Both the position numbers and the translations under genes were made by a program. A stretch of DNA of 64,000 bases, taken from NCBI GenBank assembly GCA_964016885.1, contig OZ024740.1:36828001-36892000 (forward strand). The letters are read 5' to 3'. Numbering within the stretch: the stretch's first letter is position 1; each line of letters opens with the position of its first letter. The notes beneath the pieces are model-generated. The model worked only from the letters and a program-made list of their open reading frames with translations, was not told the origin of the DNA and ran no database searches. This document shows, one piece after another, positions 28,001 through 43,988 of this stretch. The DNA comes from Eledone cirrhosa. Lineage: Eukaryota.

Positions 28001-31000
28001 AAATTAGACATAGAAACCTCAACTGTCATTACATTGAGATTTGTGTGGGTAAAATTAGATATAATAACCTCAATTCTCATTACATTGAGGTTTGTGTGCG
28101 TAAAGTTAAATATAATAACCTCAATTTTCATTACATTGAGATTTGTGTGGGTAAAGTTAGACATAGAAACCTCAACTGTCACTATATTGAGGTTTGTGTG
28201 GGTAAAAGTATACATAGAAACCTCAACTGTCATTACATTGAGGTTTGTGTGGGTAAAATTAGATATAATAAACTCAATTGCCATTACATTGTGGTTTGTG
28301 GGGGTAAAGTTAGACATGGAACCTCAGCTGTCATTACATTGAGCTTTGTGTGTGTAAAGTTAGACATAGAATCAAATGTCATTACATTGAGGTTTATGTG
28401 GGTAAAGTTAGACATAGAAACCTCAACTGTCATTACATTGACATTTGTGTGGGTAAAGGGAGACATAGAAACTTCAAACGACATTACATTGAGGTTTGTG
28501 TGGCTAAAGTTAGACATAACAAGCTCAACTATAATTACGTTGAGATTTGTGTGTGTAAAGTTAGACATAGAAACCTCAACTTTCATAACATTGAGCATTT
28601 GTGGGTAAAGTTAAACATAAAAACCTCAATTGTCATTACATTGAGGTTTGTGTGGGTAAAGTTAGACATAGAACCTCCACTGTCATTACATTGAGCTTTG
28701 TGTGGGTAAAGTTAGACATAGAAAGCTCAACTGTCATTACAATGAGGTTTGTCGGAGTAAAGTTAGACATAGAATCAAATGTCATTACATTGAGGTTAGT
28801 GTGGGTAAAATTAGACATAGAAACCTCAACTGTCATTACATTGAGGTTAGTGTGGGTATACTTAGTCATAGTAACCTCAACTCTCATTATATTGAAGTTT
28901 GTGTGGGTAAAGTTAGATATAGAATCAAATGTCATTACATTGAGCATTGTGTGGGTAAAGTTAGACATAGAAACCTCAACTGTCATTACATTGAGGTTTG
29001 TGTGAGTAAAGTTAGACATAGAAACCTCAAATATCATTACATTGAGGTTAATGTGGGTAAAGTTAGACATAGAAAACTCATTGTCATTACATTGAGGTTT
29101 GAGATTGTAAAGTTAGATATATAAACCTCCGCTTTCATTATATTGAGGTTTGCGTGGGTAAATTTACACATAGAAACCTCAACTGTCATTACATTGAGGT
29201 TTGTGTGGGTAAAATTAGATATAATAACCTCAATTATCATTACATTGAGGTTTGTGGGGGTAAAGTTAGACATAGAACCTCAACTGTCATTAGATTGAGG
29301 TTTGTGTGGGTAAAGTTAGACATAGAAACTTCAACTCTCATTACTTTGAGGTCTGTGTGGGTAAAGTTAGACATAGAAACCTCAACTGTCATTACATTGA
29401 GGTCTGTGTGGGTAAAGTTAGACATAGAAACCTCAACTGTCATTACATTGAGGTTAGTGTGGTTAAAGTTAGACATAGAAACCTCAACTCTCATTACATT
29501 GAGGTCTGTGTAGGTAAAGTTAGACATTGAAACCTCAACTGTCATTACATTGAGATATGTGTGGGTAAAGGGAGACATAGAAACCTCAAATGTCATTATA
29601 TTAAGGTTTGTTGGTTAAAGTTAGACATAGAATCAAATGTCATTATATTGAGGTTTGTGTGGGTAAAATTAGATATAATAACCTCAATTGTCATTACATT
29701 GAGGTTTGTGGGGGTAGAGTTAGACATAGAAACCTCATCTGTCATTACATTGAGGTTAGTGTGGGTAAAGTTAGACATAGAAACCTCAACTGTCATTACA
29801 TTGAGGTCTGTGTAGGTAAAGTTAGACATTGAAACCTGAACTATAATTACGTTGAGGTTTGTGTGGGTAACATTAGATATAATAAACTCAATTGTCATTA
29901 CATTGAGGTTCTGTGCGTAAAGTTAAATATAATAACCTCAATTGTCATTACATTGAGCTTAGTGTGGGTAAAGTTAGACATAGAAACCTCAACTGTCATT
30001 ATATTGTGGTTTATGTGGGTAAAATTAGACATAGAAACCTCAACTGTCATTACATTGAGGTTTGTGTGGGTAACATTAGATATAATAAACTCAATTGTCA
30101 TTACATTGAGCTTTGTGTGGGTAAAGTTAGACATAGAAACTTCAAATGTCATTACAATGAGGTTTGTGAGGGTAAAGTTAGACATAAATCAAATGTCATT
30201 ACATTGAGGTTTATGTGGGTAAATTTAGACATAGAAACCTCAACTGTCATTATATTGAGGTTTATGTGGGTAAAATTAGACATAGAAACCTCAACTGTCA
30301 TTACCTTGAGGTTTGTGTAGGGAAAATTAGACCTAGAAACATCAACTGTCATTACATTGAGGTTTGTGTCGGTAAAATTAGATATAATAACCTCAATTGT
30401 CATTACATTGAGCTTTGTGTGGGTAAAGTTAGATATAATAACCTCAATTGTCATTACATTGAGGTTTGTGTGGGTAAATTTAGACATAGAAACCTCAACT
30501 GTCATTATATTGAGGTTTATGTGGGTAAAATTAGACATAGAAACCTCAACTGTCATTACCTTGAGGTTTGTGTAGGGAAAATTAGACCTAGAAACATCAA
30601 CTGTCATTACATTGAGGTTTGTGTCGGTAAAATTAGATATAATAACCTCAATTGTCATTACATTGAGCTTTGTGTGGGTAAAGTTAGACATAGAAACCTC
30701 AACTGTCATTATGTTGAGGTTTATGTGGGTAAAATTAGACATAGAAACCTCAACTGTCATTACATTGAGGTTTGTGTGGGTAAAGTTAGACATAGAACCT
30801 CAACTGTCATTACATTGAGGTTTGTGTGGGTAACGTTAGATATAACAACCTCAATTGTCATTACATTGAGCTTTGTGTGGGTAAAGTTAGACATAGAAAC
30901 TTCAAATCTCATGACAATGAGGTTTGTGGAGGTAAAGTTAGACATAGAATCAAATGTCATTACATTGAGCTTTATGTGGGTAAATTTAGACATAGAAACC

Positions 31001-34000
31001 TCAACTGTCATTACATTGAGGTTTGTGTAGGTACAGTTAGACATAGAAACCTCAACTGTCATTACATTGACATTTCTGTTGGTAAAGGAAGACATAGAAA
31101 CTTCAAATGTCATTATATTGAGGTTTGTGTGGGTAAAATTAGGCATAGAATCAAATGTCATTACATTGAGGCTTGTGTGGCTAAAGTTACACATAAAAAG
31201 CTCAACTATAATTACGTTGAGATTTGTGTGGGTAGAGTTAGACATAGAAACCTCAACTCTCATAACGTTGAGCTTTTTGTGGGTAAAGTTAGACATAGAA
31301 CCTCAACTGTCATTATATTGAGCTTTTTGTGGGTAAAGTTAGACATAGAAACCTCAATTGTCATTACATTGAGGTTTGTGTGGTTAAAGTTAGACATAGA
31401 ACCTCAACTGTCATTACATTGAGGTTTGTGTGGGTAACGTTAGACATAGAATCCTCAATTGTCATTACATTGAGGTTTGTGTGGGTAAAGTTAGACATAA
31501 AATCCTCAACTGTCATTACAATGATATTTGTCGGGGTAAAGTTAGACATTGAATCAAATGCCATTACATTGAGGTTCGTGTGGGTATAGTTAGACATAGT
31601 AACCTCAACTCTTATTATATTGAGGTTTCTGTGGGTAAAGTTAGATATAGAATCAAATGTCATTACATTGAGCATTGTGTGGGTAAATTTAGATATAGAA
31701 ACCTCAACTGTCATTACATTGAAGTGTGTGTGGATAAAGTTAGACATAGAAACCTCAACTGTCATTACATTGAAGTTATTGTGGGTAAAATTAGATATAA
31801 TAACCTCAATTGTCATTATATTGAGCTTTGTGTGGGTAAAGTTAGACATAGAAACTTCAAATGTCATTACAATGAGGTTTATGGGGGTAAAGTTAGACGT
31901 AAATCAAATGTCATTACATTGAGGTTTATGTGGGTAAAGTTAAACATAGAAACCTCAACTGTCATTACATGAGGTTTGTGTAGGTAAAGTTAGACATAGA
32001 AACCTCAACTGGCATAACATTGAGGTTTGTGTAGGGAAAATTAGACCTAGAAACATCAACTGTCATTACATTGACCCTGGTGTGGGTAAAGTTAGATAGA
32101 ATAACCTCAATTGTCATTACATTCAGGTTTGTGTGGGTAAAGTTAGATATAGAAACCTCAACTGTCATTACATTGAGGATAGTGTCGGTAAAATTAGATA
32201 TAATAAACTCAATTGTCATTACATTGAGGTTTGTGGGGGTAAAGTTAGACATAGAACCTCAGCTGTCATTACATTGAGCTTTGTGTGGGTAAAGTTAGAA
32301 ATAGAATCTTCAAATCTCATGACAATTAGGTTTGTGGAGGTGAAGTTAGACGTAGAATCAAATGTCTTTACATTGAGCTTTATGTGGGTAAATTTAGACA
32401 TAGAAACCTCGCTGTCATTACATTGAGGTTTGTGTAGGTACAGTTAGACATAGAAACCTCAGTGTCATTACATTGACATTTCTGTGGGTAAAGGGAGACA
32501 TAGAAACTTCAAATGTCATAATATTGAGGTTTGTGTGGGTATAGTTAGTCATAGTAACCTCAACTCTCATTATATTGAGGTTAATGTGGGTAAAGTTAGA
32601 TATAGAATCAAATGTGATTACATTGAGGTTAATGTGGGTAAAGTTAGACATAGAAACCTCAACTGTCATTACATTGAGGTTAGTGTGGGTATAGTTAGTC
32701 ATAGTAACCTCAACTCTCATTATATTGAGGTTAATGTGGGTAAAGTTAGATATAGAATCAAATGTTATTACGTTGAGCAACTGTCATTACATTGAGGTTT
32801 GTGTGGGTAAAGTTAGACATAGAAACATCAACTGTCATTACATTGACCTTTGTGTGGGTAAAGTTTGATATAATAACCTCAATTGTCATTACATTGAGGT
32901 TTCTGTCGGTAAAATTAGACGTAGAAACCTCGACTCTCATTACATTGAGGTTTGTATGGGTAAAATTAGATATAATAACCTCAATTGTCATTACATTGAG
33001 GTTTGTGGGGGTAAAGTTAGACATAGTAACCTCAACTGTCATTATATTGAGGTTTGTGTGGGTAAAGTTAGATATAGAAAGCTCAACTGTCATTACATTG
33101 AGGTTTGTGTGGGTAAAGTTAGACATAGAATCATCAACTGTAATTACATTGAGGTTTGTGTGGGTAATGTTAGATATAGAAGCTCAACTGTCATTAGATT
33201 GAGGTTTGCGTGGGTAAAGTTAGACTTAAAACATCAACTGTCATTACATTGAGGTTTGTGTGGGTAATGTTAGATATAGAACCTCAACTGTCATTAGATT
33301 GAGGTTTGGGTGGGTAAAGTTAGACATAGAAATCTCACGATCATTACATTGAGGTTTGTGTGGGTAAAGTTAGATATAGAACCTCAACTGTCATTAGATT
33401 GAGGTTTGTGTGGGTAAAGTTAGACATAGAAACCTCAACTGTCATTACATTGAGGTTCGTTTGGGTAATGTTAGATATAGAACCTCAACTGTCATTACAT
33501 TGAGGGTTGTGTAGGTAAAGTTAGACATAGAAACCTCAACTGTCATTACATTGAGTGCTGTGTGAGTAAAGCTAGACATAGAAACCTCAACTATCATTAC
33601 TTTGAGGTTTGTGTTGGTAAAGTTAGACATAGAAACCTCAACTGTCATTACATTGAGGTTCGTTTGGGTAATGTTAGATATAGAACCTCAACTGTCATTA
33701 CATTGAGGTTTGTGTAGGTAAAGTTAGACATAGAAACCTCAACTGTCACTACATTGAGGGCTGTGTGAGTAAAGCTAGACATAGAAACCTCAACTGTCAT
33801 TACTTTGAGGTTTGTGTTGGTAAATTTATACATAGAAACCTCAACTGTCATTAGATTGAGGGCTGTGTGAGTAAAGCTAGTCATAGAAACGTCAACTGTC
33901 ATTACTTTGAGGTTTGTGTTGGTAAAGTTAGACATAGAAACCTTAACTGTCATTACTTTGAGATTTGTGTGGGTAAAGTTAGACATAGAAACCTCAATTG

Positions 34001-34300
34001 TCATTACATTGAGGTTTGTGTGTGTAAAGTTAGACATAGAAACCTCAACTGTCATTACTAATGAGGTTTGTCGGGGTAAAGATAGACATAGAATCAAATA
34101 TCATTACATTGAGATTAGTGTAGGTAAAGTTAGACATAGAAACCTCAACTGTCATTACATTGAGGTTAGTGTGGGTATAGTTAGACATGGTAACCTCAAC
34201 TCTCATTATATTGAGGTTAATGTGGGTAAAGTTAGATATAGAATCAAATGTTATTACATTGAGCAACTGTCATTACTATGAGGTTTGTGTTGGTAAAGTT
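19050..34300. repeat. Higher-order duplication of the satellite, offset 7665 bp (7566 after an internal net 99-bp loss); related copies at ~15050-18650 and ~35700-43300
   Basis: ORF-track pairs 19144/26809, 20173/27838, 22550/30215 and 24554/32219 are offset 7665. Pairs 25192/32758 and 26082/33648 are offset 7566. Boundaries are approximate. Confidence 0.93.
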
Positions 34301-37300
34301 AGATATAGAGACCTCAACTGTCATTACATTGACCTTTGTGTGGGTAAAGTTAGATATAATAACCTCAACTGTCATTATATTGAGGTTTGTGTGGGTAAAA
34401 TTAGACATAGAAACTTCAACTGTCATTACATTTAGGTTTGTGTGGGTAAAATTAGATATAATAACCTCAACTGTCATTACGTTGACATTTGTGTGGGTAA
34501 AGGGAGACATAGATACCTCAAATGTCATTACATTGAGGTTAATGTGGGTAAAGTTAGACATAGAAAACTCAACCGTCATTACATTGAGGTTTGAGAGCGT
34601 AAAATTAGACATAGAAACCTCAACTGGCTTTATATTGAGCTATGGATGGGGAAAGTTATTCATAGAAACCTCAACTGTCATTACATTGAGGTTTGTGTGG
34701 CTAAAATTAGACATAGAAACCTCAATTGTCATTACATTGAGGTTTGTGTGGGTAAAGTTAGACATAGAACCTCAACTGTCATTACATTGAGCTTTGTATG
34801 GGTAAAGTTAGACATAGAAACTTCAACTGTCATTACAATGAGGTTTGTGGGGGTAAAGTTAGACATAGAATCAAATGTCATTACATTTAGGTTTACGTGG
34901 TTAAAGTTAGACATAGAAACCTCAACTGTCATTATATTGAGGTTTGTGTGGGTAAAGTTAGACATAGAAACCTCAAATGTCATTATATTGAGGTTAGTGT
35001 GGCTAAAGCTAGACATAGAAAGCTCAACTATCATTACGTTCTGATATGTGTGGGTAAAGTTAGACATAGAATCAAATGTCATTAGATTGAGGTTTGTGTG
35101 GCTAAAGTTAGACACAGAAAGCTCAACTATCGTTACATTTAGATTTGTGTGGGTAAAGTTAGACATAGAAACCTCAACTTTCATAACATTGAGCTTTTTG
35201 TGGGTAAAGTTAGACATAGAACCTCAACTGTCATTACATTGAGCTTTGTTTGGGTAAAGTTAGAAATATAAACCTCAAAAGTCATTACAATGAGGTTACT
35301 GTGGGTAAAGTTAGACATAGAATCAAATGTCTTTACATTGAGTTTAGTGTGGGTAAAGTTAGACATATAAACCTCAACTGTCATTACATTGAGGTTAGTG
35401 TGGGTATAGTTAATAATAGTAAACTCAACTCTCATTATATTGAGGTTTGTGTGGGTAAAGTTAGATATAGAATCAAATGTTATTACATTGAGCTTATTGT
35501 GGGTAAAGTTAGATATAGAAACCTCAACTGTCATTACATTGAGGTGTGTGTGGATAAAGTTAGACATAGAAACCTCAACTGTTATTACATTGACGTTTGT
35601 GTGGGTAAAGTTAGACATAGAAACCTCAACTCTCTTTACTTTGAGCTTTGTGAGGGTAAAGTTAGACATAGAAACCTCAACTGTCATTACATTGAGCTAT
35701 GTGTGGGTAAAGTTTGACATATAAACCTCAATTGTCATTACCTTGAGGTTTGTGAAGGTAAAGTTAGACATAGAAACCTCAACTGTCATTACATTGAGGT
35801 TTGTGTGAGTAAAGTTAGACATAGAAACCTCAACTGTCATTACAATGAGGTTTGTGTGGGTAAAATTAGACATAGAATCCTCAACTGTCATTAAATTGAG
35901 CTTTGTGTGTGTGTAAAGTTAGACATAGAAACCTCAACTGTCATGACATTGAGGTTTGTGTAGGTAAAGTTAGACATAGAAACATCAACTGTCATTACAT
36001 TGAGGTTTGTGTGGGTAAAGTTAAACATAGAAACCTCAACTGACATTACATTGAGGTTAGTGTGAGTAAAGTTAGACATAGAAACCTCAACTGTCATTAC
36101 ATTGAGGTTTGTGTTGGTAAAGTTAGACATAGAAACCACAACTGTCATTATATTGAGATTTGGAGGGTAAAGTTAGATATAAAAACCTCAACTGTCATTA
36201 CATTGAGGTTTGTGTGGGTAAAATTAGACATAGAAAACTCAACTGTCATTATATTAAGCTTTGGGTGGGTAAAGGTAGACATAAAAACCTCAACTGTTAT
36301 TATATTGAGGTTTGTGTGTGTAAAATTAGACATAGAAACCTCAACTGTCATTACATTGAGGTTTGTGTGGGTAAAGTTAGACATAGAAACCTCATGTGTC
36401 ATTACATTGAGGTATGTGTGGGTAAAGTTAGACATAGAAACCTCATGTGTCATTACATTGAGCTTTTTGTGGGTAAAGTTAGACATAGAGCCTCAACTGT
36501 CATTACATTGAACTTTGTTTGGGTAAAGTTAGACATATAAACCTCAAATGTCATTACAATGAGGTTACTGTGGGTAAAGTTAGACATAGAATCAAATGTC
36601 ATTACATTGAGGTTAGTGTGGGTAAAGTTAGACATTTAAACCTCAACTGTCATTACATTGAGGTTAGTGTGAGTAAAGTTAGACATAGAAACCTCAACTG
36701 TCATTTTAATGAGGTTTGTGTCGGTAAAATTAGACATAGAATCCTCAACTCTCATTACATTTAGGTTTGTGTAGGTAAAGTTAGCCATAGAAACATCAAC
36801 TGTCATTACATTTAGGTTTGTGTGGGTAAAGTTAGACATAGAAACCTCAACTGTCATTACATTGAGGTTTGTGTGGGTAAAGTTAGACATAGAAACATCA
36901 GCTGTCATTACATTGAGATTTGGAGGGTAAAGTTAGATATAAAAACCTCAACTGTCATTTCATTGAGGTTTGTGTGGGTAAAATTAGATATAGAAAACTC
37001 AACTGTCATTATATTAAGCTTTGGGTCTTTAAAGGTAGACATAAAAAGCTCAACTGTCATTATATTGAGGTTTGTGTGGGTAAAATTAGACATAGAAACC
37101 TCAACTGTCATTACATTGAGATTTGTGTGGGTAAAATTAGATATAATAACCTCAATTCTCATTACATTGAGGTTTGTGTGCGTAAAGTTAAATATAATAA
37201 CCTCAATTTTCATTACATTGAGATTTGTGTGGGTAAAGTTAGACATAGAAACCTCAACTGTCACTATATTGAGGTTTGTGTGGGTAAAAGTATACATAGA

Positions 37301-40300
37301 AACCTCAACTGTCATTACATTGAGGTTTGTGTGGGTAAAATTAGATACAATAAACTCAATTGCCATTACATTGTGGTTTGTGGGGGTAAAGTTAGACATG
37401 GAACCTCAGCTGTCATTACATTGAGCTTTGTGTGTGTAAAGTTAGACATAGAATCAAATGTCATTACATTGAGGTTTATGTGGGTAAAGTTAGACATAGA
37501 AACCTCAACTGTCATTACATTGACATTTGTGTGGGTAAAGGGAGACATAGAAACTTCAAACGACATTACATTGAGGTTTGTGTGGCTAAAGTTAGACATA
37601 AAAAGCTCAACTATAATTACGTTGAGATTTGTGTGTGTAAAGTTAGACATAGAAACCTCAACTTTCATAACATTGAGCATTTGTGGGTAAGGTTAAACAT
37701 AAAAACCTCAATTGTCATTACATTGAGGTTTGTGTGGGTAAAGTTAGACATAGAACCTCCACTGTCATTACATTGAGCTTTGTGTGGGTAAAGTTAGACA
37801 TAGAAAGCTCAACTGTCATTACAATGAGGTTTGTCGGAGTAAAGTTAGACATAGAATCAAATGTCATTACATTGAGGTTAGTGTGGGTAAAATTAGACAT
37901 AGAAACCTCAACTGTCATTACATTGAGGTTAGTGTGGGTATACTTAGTCATAGTAACTTCAACTCTCATTATATTGAAGTTTGTGTGGGTAAAGTTAGAT
38001 ATAGAATCAAATGTCATTACATTGAGCATTGTGTGGGTAAAGTTAGACATAGAAACCTCAACTGTCATTACATTGAGGTTTGTGTGAGTAAAGTTAGACA
38101 TAGAAACCTCAAATATCATTACATTGAGGTTAATGTGGGTAAAGTTAGACATAGAAAACTCATTGTCATTACATTGAGGTTTGAGATTGTAAAGTTAGAT
38201 ATATAAACCTCCGCTTTCATTATATTGAGGTTTGCGTGGGTAAATTTACACATAGAAACCTCAACTGTCATTACATTGAGGTTTGTGTGGGTAAAATTAG
38301 ATATAATAACCTCAATTATCATTACATTGAGGTTTGTGGGGGTAAAGTTAGACATAGAACCTCAACTGTCATTAGATTGAGGTTTGTGTGGGTAAAGTTA
38401 GACATACAAACTTCAACTCTCATTACTTTGAGGTCTGTGTGGGTAAAGTTAGACATAGAAACCTCAACTGTCATTACATTGAGGTCTGTGTGGGTAAAGT
38501 TAGACATAGAAACCTCAACTGTCATTACATTGAGGTTAGTGTGGGTAAAGTTAGACATAGAAACCTCAACTCTCATTACATTGAGGTCTGTGTAGGTAAA
38601 GTTAGACATTGAAACCTCAATGTCATTACATTGAGATATGTGTGGGTAAAGGGAGACATAGAAACCTCAAATGTCATTATATTAAGGTTTGTTGGTTAAA
38701 GTTAGACATAGAATCAAATGTCATTATATTGAGGTTTGTGTGGGTAAAATTAGATATAATAACCTCAATTGTCATTACATTGAGGTTTGTGGGGGTAGAG
38801 TTAGACATAGAAACCTCAACTGTCATTACATTGAGGTTAGTGTGGGTAAAGTTAGACATAGAAACCTCAACTGTCATTACATTGAGGTCTGTGTAGGTAA
38901 AGTTAGACATTGAAACCTGAACTATAATTACGTTGAGATTTGTGTGGGTAAAGTTAGATATAACAACCTCAATTGTCATTACATTGAGGTTCTGTGCGTA
39001 AAGTTAAATATAATAACCTCAATTGTCATTACATTGAGCTTAGTGTGGGTAAAGTTAGACATAGAAACCTCAACTGTCATTATATTGTGGTTTATGTGGG
39101 TAAAATTAGACATAGAAACCTCAACTGTCATTACATTGAGGTTTGTGTGGGTAACATTAGATATAATAAACTCAATTGTCATTACATTGAGGTTTGTGGG
39201 GGTAAAGTTAGACATAGAACCTCAGCTGTCATTACATTGAGCTTTGTGTGGGTAAAGTTAGACATAGAAACTTCAAATGTCATTACAATGAGGTTTGTGG
39301 GGGTAAAGTTAGACATAAATCAAATGTCATTACATTGAGGTTTATGTGGGTAAATTTAGACATAGAAACCTCAACTGTCATTACATAGAGGTTAGTGTGG
39401 GTAAAGTTAGATATAATAACCTCAGTTGTCATTACATTGAGGTTTGTGTGGGTAAATTTAGACATAGAAACCTCAACTGTCATTATATTGAGGTTTATGT
39501 GGGTAAAATTAGACATAGAAACCTCAACTCTGATTACCTTGAGGTTTGTGTAGGGAAAATTAGACCTAGAAACATCAACTGTCATTACGTTGAGGTTTGT
39601 GTGGGTAAAATTAGATATAATAACCTCAATTGTCATTACATTGAGCTTTGTGTGGGTAAAGTTAGACATAGAAACCTCAACTGTCATTATGTTGAGGTTT
39701 ATGTGGGTAAAATTAGACATAGAAACCTCAACTGTCATTACATTGAGGTTTGTGTGGGTAAAGTTAGACATAGAACCTCAACTGTCATTACATTGAGGTT
39801 TGTGTGGGTAACGTTAGACATAGAATCCTCAATTGTCATTACATTGAGGTTTGTGTGGGTAAAGTTAGACATAGAACCTCAGCTGTCATTACATTGAGCT
39901 TTGTGTGGGTAAAATTAGACATAGAAACTTCAAATCTCATGACAATGAGGTTTGTGGAGGTAAAGTTAGACATAGAATCAAATGTCATTACATTGAGCTT
40001 TATGTGGGTAAATTTAGACATAGAAACCTCAACTGTCATTACATTGAGGTTTGTGTAGGTACAGTTAGACATAGAAACCTCAACTGTCATTACATTGACA
40101 TTTCTGTTGGTAAAGGAAGACATAGAAACTTCAAATGTCATTATATTGAGGTTTGTGTGGGTAAAGTTAGGCATAGAATCAAATGTCATTACATTGAGGT
40201 TTGTGTGGCTAAAGTTAGACGTAAAAAGCTCAACTATAATTACGTTGAGATTTGTGTGGGTAAAGTTAGACATAGAAACCTCAATTGTCATTACAATGAG

Positions 40301-43300
40301 GTTTATGTGGGTAAAGTTAGACATAGAATCGAATGTCATTACATTGAGGTTTATGTGGGTAGAGTTAGACATAGAAACCTCAACTGTCATTACCTTGAGG
40401 TTAGTGTGGGTTAAGTTAGACATAGAAACCTCAACTCTCATTACATTGAGATTTGTGTGGGTAAAGGGAGACATAGAAACCTCAAATGTCATTATATTGA
40501 GGTTTGTGTGGGTAAAGTTAGGCATAGAATCAAATGTCATTACATTGAGGCTTGTGTGGCTAAAGTTACACATAAAAAGCTCAACTATAATTACGTTGAG
40601 ATTTGTGTGGGTAGAGTTAGACATAGAAACCTCAACTCTCATAACATTGAGCTTTTTGTGGGTAAAGTTAGACATAGAACCTCAACTGTCATTATATTGA
40701 GCTTTTTGTGGGTGAAGTTAGACATAGAAACCTCAATTGTCATTACATTGAGGTTTGTGTGGTTAAAGTTAGACATAGAACCTCAACTGTCATTACATTG
40801 AGGTTTGTGTGGGTAACGTTAGACATAGAATCCTCAATTGTCATTACATTGAGGTTTGTGTGGGTAAAGTTAGACATAAAATCCTCAACTGTCATTACAA
40901 TGATATTTGTCGGGGTAAAGTTAGACATTGAATCAAATGCCATTACATTGAGGTTCGTGTGGGTATAGTTAGACATAGTAACCTCAACTCTTATTATATT
41001 GAGGTTTCTGTGGGTAAAGTTAGATATAGAATCAAATGTCATTACATTGAGCATTGTGTGGGTAAATTTAGATATAGAAACCTCAACTGTCATTATATTG
41101 AAGTTAGTATGGGTAAAATTAGATATAATAACCTCAATTGTCATTATATTGAGCTTTGTGTGGGTAAAGTTAGACATAGAAACTTCAAATGTCATTACAA
41201 TGAGGTTTATGGGGGTAAAGTTAGACGTAAATCAAATGTCATTACATTGAGGTTTATGTGGGTAAAGTTAAACATAGAAACCTCAACTGTCATTACATGA
41301 GGTTTGTGTAGGTAAAGTTAGACATAGAAACCTCAACTGGCATAGCATTGAGGTTTGTGTAGGGAAAATTAGACCTAGAAACATCAACTGTCATTACATT
41401 GACCCTGGTGTGGGTAAAGTTAGATAGAATAACCTCAATTGTCATTACATTGAGGTTTGTGTGCGTAAAGTTAAATATAATATCCTCAATTTTCATTACA
41501 TTGAGCTTTGTGTGGGTAAAGTTAGATATAGAAACCTCAACTGTCATTACATTGAGGATAGTGTGGGTAAAATTAGATATAATAAACTCAATTGTCATTA
41601 CATTGAGGTTTGTGGCGGTAAAGTTAGAAATAGAATCTTCAAATCTCATGACAATTAGGTTTGTGGAGGTGAAGTTAGACGTAGAATCAAATGTCATTTC
41701 ATTGAGCTTTATGTGGGTAAATTTAGACATAGAAACCTCGCTGTCATTACATTGAGGTTTGTGTAGGTACAGTTAGACATAGAAACCTCAGTGTCATTAC
41801 ATTGACATTTCTGTGGGTAAAGGGAGACATAGAAACTTCAAATGTCATAATATTGAGGTTTGTGTGGGTAAAGTTAGGCATAGAATCAAATGTCATTACA
41901 TTGAGGCTTGTGTGACTAAAGTTAGACATAAAAAGCTCAACTATAATTACGTTGAGATTTGTGTGGGTAAAGTTAGACATAGAAACCTCAACTGTCATTA
42001 CAATGATGTTCGTCAGGGTAAAGTTAGACATAGTATCAAATGTGATTACATTGAGGTTAATGTGGGTAAAGTTAGACATAGAAACCTCAACTGTCATTAC
42101 ATTGAGGTTAGTGTGGGTATAGTTAGTCATAGTAACCTCAACTCTCATTATATTGAGGTTAATGTGGGTAAAGTTAGATATAGAATCAAATGTTATTACG
42201 TTGAGCAACTGTCATTACATTGAGGTTTGTGTGGGTAAAGTTAGACATAGAAACATCAACTGTCATTACATTGACCTTTGTGTGGGTAAAGTTTGATATA
42301 ATAACCTCAATTAATCATTACATTGAGGTTTCTGTCGGTAAAATTAGACGTAGAAACCTCGACTCTCATTACATTGAGGTTTGTATGGGTAAAATTTGAT
42401 ATAATAACCTCAATTGTCATTACATTGAGGTTTGTGGGGGTAAAGTTAGACATAGTAACCTCAACTGTCATTACATTGAGGTTTGTGTGGGTAAAGTTAG
42501 ATATAGAAACCTCAACTGTCATTACATTGAGGTTTGTGTGGGTAAAGTTAGACATAGAATCATCAACTGTAATTACATTGAGGTTTGTGTGGGTAATGTT
42601 AGATATAGAAGCTCAACTGTCATTAGATTGAGGTTTGCGTGGGTAAAGTTAGACTTAAAACATCAACTGTTTTTACATTGAGGTTTGTGTGGGTAATGTT
42701 AGATATAGAACCTCAACTGTCATTAGATTGAGGTTTGGGTGGGTAAAGTTAGACATAGAAATCTCACGGTCATTACATTGAGGTTTGTGTGGGTAAAGTT
42801 AGATATAGAACCTCAACTGTCATTAGATTGAGGTTTGTGTGGGTAAAGTTAGACATAGAAACCTCAACTGTCATTACATTGAGGTTCGTTTGGGTAATGT
42901 TAGATATAGAACCTCAACTGTCATTACATTGAGGGTTGTGTAGGTAAAGTTAGACATAGAAACCTCAACTGTCATTACATTGAGGGCTGTGTGAGTAAAG
43001 CTAGACATAGAAACCTCAACTGTCATTACATTGAGGTTCGTTTGGGTAATGTTAGATATAGAACCTCAACTGTCATTACATTGAGGGTTGTGTAGGTAAA
43101 GTTAGACATAGAAACCTCAACTGACATTACATTGAGGGCTGTGTGAGTAAAGCTAGACATAGAAACCTCAACTATCATTACTTTGAGGTTTGTGTTGGTA
43201 AAGTTAGACATAGAAACCTCAACTGTCATTACATTGAGGTTCGTTTGGGTAATGTTAGATATAGAACCTCAACTGTCATTACATTGAGGTTTGTGTAGGT

Positions 43301-43988
43301 AAAGTTAGAACTAGAAACATCAACTGACATTACATTGCCCTTTGTGTGGGTAAAGTTAGATATAATAACCTCAATTGTCATTACATTAAGTTTTGTGTGC
43401 GTAAAGTTAAATATAATAACCTCAATTTTCATTACGTTGAGCTTTGTGTGGGTAAAGTTAGATATATTAACCTCAATTTTCATTATATTGAGATTTTGTG
43501 GGTAAAGTTAGACATAGAAACCTCAATTGTCAGTACATTGAGGTCTGTGTGGGTAATGTTAGATATAGAACCTCAACTGTCATTACATTGAGCTTTGTGT
43601 GGGTAAAGTTAGACATAGAAACCTCAATTGTCATGACATTGACGTTTGTGTGGGTAATGTTAGATATAGAACCTCAACTGTCATTACCTTGAGGTTTCTG
43701 TGGGTAAAATTAGATATAATAATCTCAACTGTCATTATTTTGAGGTTTGTGTTGGTAAAGTTAGACATAGAAACGTCAATCGTCATTAAATTGAGGTTTG
43801 TGTGGGTAAAGTTAGACATAGAAATCTCAACTGTCATTACATTGAGGTTTTTGTTGGTAAAGTTAGACATAGAAACCTCAACTGTCATTACATTGAGGTT
43901 TGTGTTGGTAAAGTTAGACATAGAAACCTCAACTGTCATTACATTGAGGTTTGTGTTGGTAAAGTTAGACATAGAAACCTCAACTGTC

